From assembly GCF_009914755.1 (NCBI RefSeq), contig NC_060935.1: DNA of 64,000 nt, one strand, 5' to 3'. A model generated the notes under the pieces. It searched no databases and was not told the origin of the DNA. It saw nothing but the letters and a program-made list of their open reading frames with translations. This stretch comes from the human T2T-CHM13v2.0 reference genome, Homo sapiens. Positions 55,671 to 64,000 of this stretch are shown in pieces. How positions within the stretch are numbered: the stretch's first letter is position 1; each line of letters begins with the position of its first letter. The position numbers were made by a program, and so were the translations under genes.

Positions 55671-55711
<41 letters not shown>
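55671..55711 (+). repeat. (CA)n microsatellite
   Basis: Seen directly. Confidence 0.97.
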
Positions 55712-55716
<5 letters not shown>

Positions 55717-56899
55717 ACAGCCATACTAGTTCTATCAGGTACATGATATACCAAATTTTTTTAAACATCATTTTTTGGAAAAAAGTAAGAAAATGCTAGG
55801 CTTCAGATTATTTCTAGAAACACATTTCCAGTAATTTCTAGTATACAGTAAAGCATAACAAAGTCTATGAGGCAGTAAGACAGCAGGATTAAGTATAAAT
55901 AACGATACCATATATAACTTCTAGTTGTTCTCAATGAGAAACAGTTTATTTAAATTACCCATACTGCCAGTAGTGGAAAAGAGTCTGTGACTTCTTTTCC
56001 TGCAGTATAAATTATGGCCATTTACACTTTTTTCACTAGTTAATTCAGCAAAAATTTTTTGAGTCTAATATGTGACAGAAAAATGCTTATTTGAGCAAAT
56101 TCTAATTTATTACTCTGTGAACTTTGTAACTTCATAGAAATAATACAGGCCTACCAAAAAATATAATGCATCAAGTATAGTAATATAGAAAATAATTAGT
56201 GGATTATATTTAATCAGGTAGAGTCACAACTCAAGGAGCCTTCAGAATATCTTTTTTTCATATGTCAGAATTTGTGTTTAAGTAATCGTTTTTCAATGTT
56301 TCTATCTTTGTAGGTCTTTTCTTTTTCACATTACTTTTCACCACCACTCCCCAGTCACATAGAAGTACTCAATTTTCCCAGATTATACCAATTACTTTCA
56401 TATCTTTATTAATTTGTGCATATTGTTTCTTCTTCTCTTTTTAACTTTATTCTTCTTGAGTTCTCCTTTCTTTTTCAAGAAATGGGGCAAGTAGTAGAAA
56501 CAAATTGACTAGGTAACCTATTAATTATGTGATTCCTAGCCAATTATGTGACTCAGTTACCTGAATGTCATTCTCATCGACTGTAATAAGAGAGTAATAA
56601 ATCCCTACAATGGCAATGATATTGTGAAATTTGACTTTGATTATTTATACAATGTGCATGTCATATAATAAGGTTCAATATGTGTTAACACTATTGATGT
56701 TGCTAGAACTGACTGCATTTGCTTGTAATAGTCTTCTTTTGCATTTTTGTCCCTGTTGAATGTATGATTTATGTTTTATTAATCTATTCAGTAGAATAAA
56801 GTAAATATAACTGAAGTTCATTCCTATGCTCCTTGCTACTAGGAAAATCCTAGAAGATATTGAGCACAGATATTTATTCTATCCTTTAACTTTTTAGTT

Positions 56900-57890
56900 T
56901 TTAGCAGATCACTTAGAGCTCATCTTATTTAACTTCTCAGCAGCACTTGACCATTGAGCATGGTCTCAAAACATATTTTCTTTGTATTTTGTGTCCTGTG
57001 TGCTAAATTTTCTGAGCGTGTGGTCTTAGAAGTTCTTCTCTTTGATTGCTAAACACCTTCCCTGGGTAATTATATGCATTTGTGCACAGCTGCAAATGCC
57101 GTATCTATACCAGTGAATCTCAAATGTGTATCTTTTAAAGAAAGAAATCACTATCTCTTGAACTCAAATTGGTATGCCCATTTGCCAACCTGCCTACTTA
57201 AACATTTCCCCCAGGTATGCCATATTCAACATGATCTTATTAACAATAAAGCCATTTTTAAGCATTCTTCTAAGTCTGTTACTCTTCTGCTTCCCTAGCT
57301 CAGTAAATAGTACCTATGTTATTTAGCCATGTTCTCAAGTCAGAAACCTAAGGGTCATTTTTGTTCCTTTACATCTCTGTGATCTAATTAAGCACAGCTT
57401 TTTGTTAATTTAACCCCTAATACATGTCTTGAGTGCAAACATTCACCATTCCCTAGCATCACCACGAACTTTACACTATCATCTCCATCCTGAGTCATTG
57501 GCATAACTATGACAGCTTCTGAACTTTGTTTCTTGCCACTTCTTTTGCCCCAGCAACTAGAGACGTCTCTTTAAACTGCAGATATGATTTTATCTATACC
57601 CCACTTAAAATTCTTCAATAATTTTATTGTATGTCATTCATGTAAATAAAAATTATGGCCAAAACTACCCTAATTGATATGGTCTTCCCTTATGTTTCTG
57701 ATATTATCTCACAATCACACTTTTTCTTTTATACTGGTTTTCCTTCAGTCCCATAGAGGCTCAATATTCTTTCCTGCCCCAGCATCTTTACATAGGATCT
57801 CACTTAGCCCAAACTAGCTCTTGTTCATCATGTCAGTCTTAGTGTTAACTCCATTTTCTCAGAGTAGTCTGTCATAACATTACCTCCCCA
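56900..57890 (+). mobile_element. Ancient L2 fragments
   Basis: CTCAGCAGCACTTGACCATTGA, CAAGTCAGAAACCTAAGGGTCAT, CTTAAAATTCTTCAAT; very diverged. Confidence 0.55.
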
Positions 57891-57951
57891 AACTAAACAT
57901 GAAGAAGAAGAAAGAGAAGGACAAGGAGAAGAAGAAGAATCAATCCTTTAA

Positions 57952-58264
<313 letters not shown>

Positions 58265-58454
58265 CCTTTAATCATTTTCAATTGTATTATATGCTCTTTC
58301 TTCAAATATCTTTTTATAAATTAGTCATGTATTTTATCTGGAGGACTTATTTAAGGCCTAGTTTCTCTCTTAGAAGGTAAGCTTTATGAATCAAAGGCAT
58401 TTCAACTTGTATGCTGTTGTATTTTTTCACCTGGACCTCTGTAGGCGATGAGGT

Positions 58455-58571
58455 GCTGATTTTCAATATGGTGCAAATGCTCCTACCATGGCTCATTTCA
58501 AGCTACCAACTAGATATCACTGAGTATGAATTTGGGAAGACATGCACACAAGCGGCTTTAGCACAGCCCTG
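58455..58571. mobile_element. MER63 fragment
   Basis: CCTACCATGGCTCATTTCAAGCTACCAAC...CACTGAG...TTGGGAAGA. Confidence 0.65.
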
Positions 58572-59774
58572 AAAACAGGATGATTGTCACCTATATCACA
58601 GATTATTAGAAAACTGCTAAACTACATCCAAAGTTATCCTCTCTTTATGGTCTAAATGTGTATTTTTCAAAAAATTTGTGACTCATGAACTATTTGAGGA
58701 GAAATTATGTTGGAGAATATTTGAGTTATTATTCTATGTTTATTTTACCACAAACCATTTCAACATTTTATTACAGAAAGAGCTGTACTTTTGATAAATT
58801 CAGGTATATAAAATAGATTATTAGTTTCATGATACATTTGAATAAAAGCTAATTTTACTGAGAACCTCAGCATATTAAGGTTCATCAAATGAATAAAATG
58901 CACTACATATAAATATATAAAAATTCATAAATAGCATGTATAAATATATACACATATACATATTTAAATTAGCTTTTTAACCTTGGGTAAGGGAGTTGAT
59001 CTGGCTACGTTTAGTTAACCATATAGCTCACTTCTCCCCAATACACCAAGCACAGACCTATCTAGTGTATTTCTGTAAGTGGAACCCTTTGCAAACTTCC
59101 CTTTTAAAATAAGACAGGGAGAAATGAAAAATAAATACAAACCATTGATACATTACTAATCTAAAGAACTTCCTGCTAAGAAAGACAAGGATTGATCTAC
59201 ATAAAAAATGTGATTTACTCCGGAAAGAGAATAATTAAGCATTAGTCAACAGTAAGACATTTTAATAGTATCTTTCTAACAGCTGAAAGTGCATTAAAAG
59301 ACTAAAATCTGGACCTGAGAAATGCCTCATTAATTAAACAAAAATCCTTTTTCTTCACACTGGGAAACTGTCAAAATGTTTTCTAAAGTGGTTATCAGAT
59401 GAAGCAGATACACAGTTACACACAGAAATACTTGTAGTTTATATGTGTCCTAGAATCTGGAAGTGTTAGCCATTTGGTGAGTTCAAACTGAGACAATAAT
59501 TCAGATTATATCAGTATTTTACATATCATAAAAATAAATCAATAAAGCATAGAACATGTGCAGGGCTCCCTCTGTACCCAGCTAAGTCTTGTGAGAAGTA
59601 TCATAGAGGCTTGAAAAATGTTCCTTATCCTTAAATGGCTTTGACCTGGACTTACAGATCAGAATAGGAAAAGACAAGTGAAATGATAAAAATGTAAATA
59701 TATCCTCCTTGGATAATACCATGTAACTAACATTTAGAGGAAGGATAAATGAATGTGGGCTTCCTGGAAAAACG

Positions 59775-59807
<33 letters not shown>

Positions 59808-59839
59808 TGTGTTTGTGTATGTGTGTGTGTTTGTGTGTG
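59775..59839 (+). repeat. (TG)n compound microsatellite
   Basis: Seen directly. Confidence 0.97.
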
Positions 59840-60454
59840 CACATGTGAGTTTTGGGCATGGGTAGAATTCGAATGAATGGGAGGGGTATAGTTCTTTTAG
59901 AGGGAAATAGCCTGTCCAAAGATTAGGATAAAGTATTATCAATGCATGCTAGGACTAGGGAGATATTTGGAAAACCAGCCTGATTTCCTTGAATCATGTG
60001 GGCAAAACAGGCTTTGCATATCACTGTCTGATTACCCTGTAATACTAACTGCAAAAAAATAACAATAATAAAAATAGGTAGTATCATGTCTAAGTTATTT
60101 AGATTAATATTTACAACTTTATGTGTTATTTCACTTTACAGATGAGAAACTTATTCTTAGGAAGAATAAATGGCCAGCCAAAATTATATGCTAAAACATG
60201 GGAGAGGTGGGCTTTGACTGACTCTAGAGCTGATACCCCACTCTGCCTCTGCCTGCACAGACAAGTCAAGGGCAGTTTACAAAATTGCCTTAATCTCTGC
60301 TCTCTAGCAGAGAGAAAGGAACTAACATTTATTGTACATTTATAAACAGCTTAAGCACACAAAGAAGGAAACAGACCCTGAGCCATACAATTTCCTATGT
60401 TTCTCTAATTCTTTCATGAATATTTGTCTCTTGTATTCAATAAAGTCCTAAGTA

Positions 60455-60680
60455 AGCAGTATGATGTAGTGAAATGAGCACGGATACTGGAATCGGTAAG
60501 TCTTTTTTATTCCAGTCCTGCTTGGTATTTTATGACTTTGGCCACTTCACTTTCCAATCTCAGCTTCCTGATATTCCTTTCCCTCATAGACTTGGGGTAT
60601 AAAACCAACCTTGCCTGATTGTTAAAATGTGATAATGTGGACTGTTTATCAAGCACAGGATGTCTGGTTTTAATTATTAT
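60455..60680 (+). mobile_element. MIR
   Basis: GCAGTATGATGTAGTGAAATGAGCACGGATACTGGAATC...TGACTTTGGCCACTTCACTT...CTCAGCTTCC. Confidence 0.7.
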
Positions 60681-61324
60681 GATTCCTTTGTTTCCCACGT
60701 AGAGAAAAGCCCAGCTCATATTTTACTGTAGGCCATTAATTAATGGAATCCCAACCACTGAGGCATTATAACAGGAGGAGTTGCTTTCTATTTGTTTTGT
60801 TTTATAGTCACACATATACACGTCAGTTTCACCAAAGAACTGGGACTCAGGAGCGAAGACTATGGTTAATTTGGTTGCATACTTCCTCTCTCACCTGGTG
60901 AAACATAAAGTGTTCAGAATTTGTTAGACACAATTAGGCAGTGTGCTCTTTAAAAAATCGAGAAAAGCATATTTAGGGAAGGTTGATATGGCATGTTTAA
61001 GAAGGCAACCATGGACAGAAATCCTCATTCAAATCATTTTGTAGTATAGGGTTTAGAGTTTGCTTTCTTGGCAACAGCTTATCTATTCTATTCTCCTATC
61101 ATGGTTCTTAGGATGTTATAATGTAATTCATGTATTTTCATGCCTGGCTTATATTCAGATTAATATCTGTGTTTTTTTTTAACCTTGTTTTCTACAATAA
61201 CATTCCATTTTTTTCTCATTTTGATTGTAGTTCTACCTTGAGTACTTTGAATATAGGGATTAGTTATTCTTTGCATCTTCATTTCCAAGTATATAGTTGA
61301 CATATATGGAGTTCAAGAAATAAA

Positions 61325-62066
<742 letters not shown>

Positions 62067-62382
62067 TAAAAAAAATCTTAGTATTCTAAGACAGGCCAAT
62101 GCTTGGAAACGGGGAAACAAAGATATAATAAATAAGGCTATAAACATTAATAAATGTAAATAAAAAAGAGTAATCAATTGTTATAGGAGATACAGTCATA
62201 TATTATATTGGATATAATGGGACTGCAGAGTAGGGAATGCCCTGCTTTTTCAAGAGCATCAGTAGAGCTTTCATGGAGAAGACTAGACTCTCAATTTTGA
62301 AAGGCGACCAACCACTCATTGAAGACAGGTATTGACAGGTAGTTAGCAGATAATAATTGAATGTAAAATTAGACTACTGATG

Positions 62383-62690
62383 TAAAGTTTTTCAAAGTAT
62401 GTTTGTCAGAATATTAGATTCATAGGATTTTTTTTTTAAAGACCTGTCTAAATAAGCTAGGCAAACAACCTAAATAGGTTAAACAAAGAAATACGATTTG
62501 GATTTCTTCTCGATTGTCTTATTACATAGCTCACTGCAGAATATCTCAAAGTTTTCTCTTTGCTGATGAGACATGACTTTCCAAGCTGGTGGGACTATAG
62601 AGCTTGTTTTGAAAATTATTAAAATGCCTTTACCTAGGTAGAATTTCTTAGGACATGGTCCTCCAAAAGAGCCCCTTTTGCAGATGCTGT
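62383..62690. mobile_element. Charlie4-type hAT fossil
   Basis: TTTTCAAAGTATGTTTG...AAATAAG...GGTTAAACAAAG...CACTGCAGAATATCTCA. Confidence 0.55.
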
Positions 62691-63807
62691 TTTGGGGTCT
62701 TTCGTCTTCTGATACATGTGTAATGTGAATTTCAAGATGTTAATCATTTTTCACAATTGTCACTTCAGTGTGTTTATTACATCTTATTATAGAATACTTC
62801 CTTTTGATAATTCTCCAAACTGGATGACCACATGGTTCTGTACAGCTCCTTCTAAGGCTTGTCTCATTTCAGCTAATTATGCACTTAGATAATCAGTCAC
62901 TGTCCAGTCTCCAAACAAATACATTTCTAGGAATTTGTGCTCTCAAGAGTCAAATGGACATTCCTTCATTAACGAAGATGTGGTATTAGCTTTAAGTGGC
63001 CTTTCTTCTATTATTGAAGATAAGTACAAGAAATAAGTATAGGAAAATTTAAAAAGGAGCTAACGTCATTCTTAGTTTTCAAAGCTTTTTGAGTGAAACA
63101 GCTCTAGCTGTAGAAGAAGGGACTCTAGGGAAAACAACAACAAAATAACACAATGAAAAATACAAAGGAAATATAATTAACAACAATCAAAATCTTCGTG
63201 ACTCTTTTCCCACCTGCCCATGTAGAATCTCAGCTTTTTCATAGTTTTCATTGTTTTTCTGGGAGTTCCCAGTGGATTTGTCACATGAGCTTGAGAAAAA
63301 TCTCATCTTGAAGGTGGTACTGCTGCTGTGTTGCTAGGCATCTGCTGTGTGCCATTTTTTTGAGGCCCAACTTATACTTAAAGCACCAAATCCATTTAGA
63401 CTCCAAAACTGTGCAATGTGCATTTGTAACACGTGGGTGAATACTCCATCCTATTAGTGCTACTTCCAATGATAGAGTTTCCAAATCAGCAATAATGGTG
63501 TCCCAGTTTCTCACAGTTCTTGGTGAAAACAAAAGCAGACAAACAAAACCTATTTTAGTTTCCAGTGCTCTCTCAAATACATTATCACAATTTATCTCCA
63601 CAACAAGGGGGTAAAACAGGTATCATTATTCTCATTTTATACATGAAGAATGTGAGGCAAAATGGATATCAAAACAAGAGTCCTTTTGTTCTGTTCACAT
63701 GTTCTCTGAAGCACCATTTTCCAGGGTGGAAACCACTTCCAAATAGGCTTGGAATAGATCTTAGCAGAATCCAAAATATTGGTATCTATGTTAAGGAAAA
63801 ATAGTTA

Positions 63808-64000
63808 CAGCTGTCTTTCCATATCCTCGGCTTCCTCTTTGCAGATTCCACAATAAAAATACGTGAAAAATAAAAAATAGCAATACATCAATAAAAAATA
63901 ACTTAAAAGCAATGCAGTGTTACAACTATTTACATAGTATTTACATTGTATTAGGTATTAAAAGTAAACTAGAGGTGATTTAAAGTATACAGGATGATGT
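63808..64000 (+). mobile_element. Tigger3/MER7-type transposon, cut by the window end
   Basis: TA|CAG start; ACAACTATTTACATAGTATTTACATTGTATTAGGTATTA...GATTTAAAGTATAC. Confidence 0.88.

Overview
Primate (human-like) nuclear genomic DNA, AT-rich and repeat-dense. I found no recognisable intact protein-coding gene, RNA gene or CRISPR array. Family names below are recalled from consensus sequences, not from a database run. Positions 1-17 kb are a nested pile of decayed L1s, Alus, a THE1D/MSTA LTR with internal sequence, and an MLT2 LTR. The rest is mostly unique or ancient DNA carrying solo LTRs (THE1C, LTR12, MLT1, LTR7, LTR47), DNA-transposon fossils (MER58, MER63, Charlie, MER3, Tigger, MADE1), Alus and simple repeats. 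Almost all ORFs in the supplied track are repeat or low-complexity artefacts. The most noteworthy sequence-level observations are: an unidentified GC-rich retrocopy fused to an Alu 3' end (18.0-18.7 kb); a templated insertion at 27.8 kb that copies 21 nt of an Alu monomer 1.86 kb away; a ~435-bp AT-rich quasi-palindrome (34.4-34.8 kb); an LTR12 with an intact promoter but a mutated poly(A) signal; and a Tigger3 carrying two LTR insertions. I cannot support a genuinely new biological system here.
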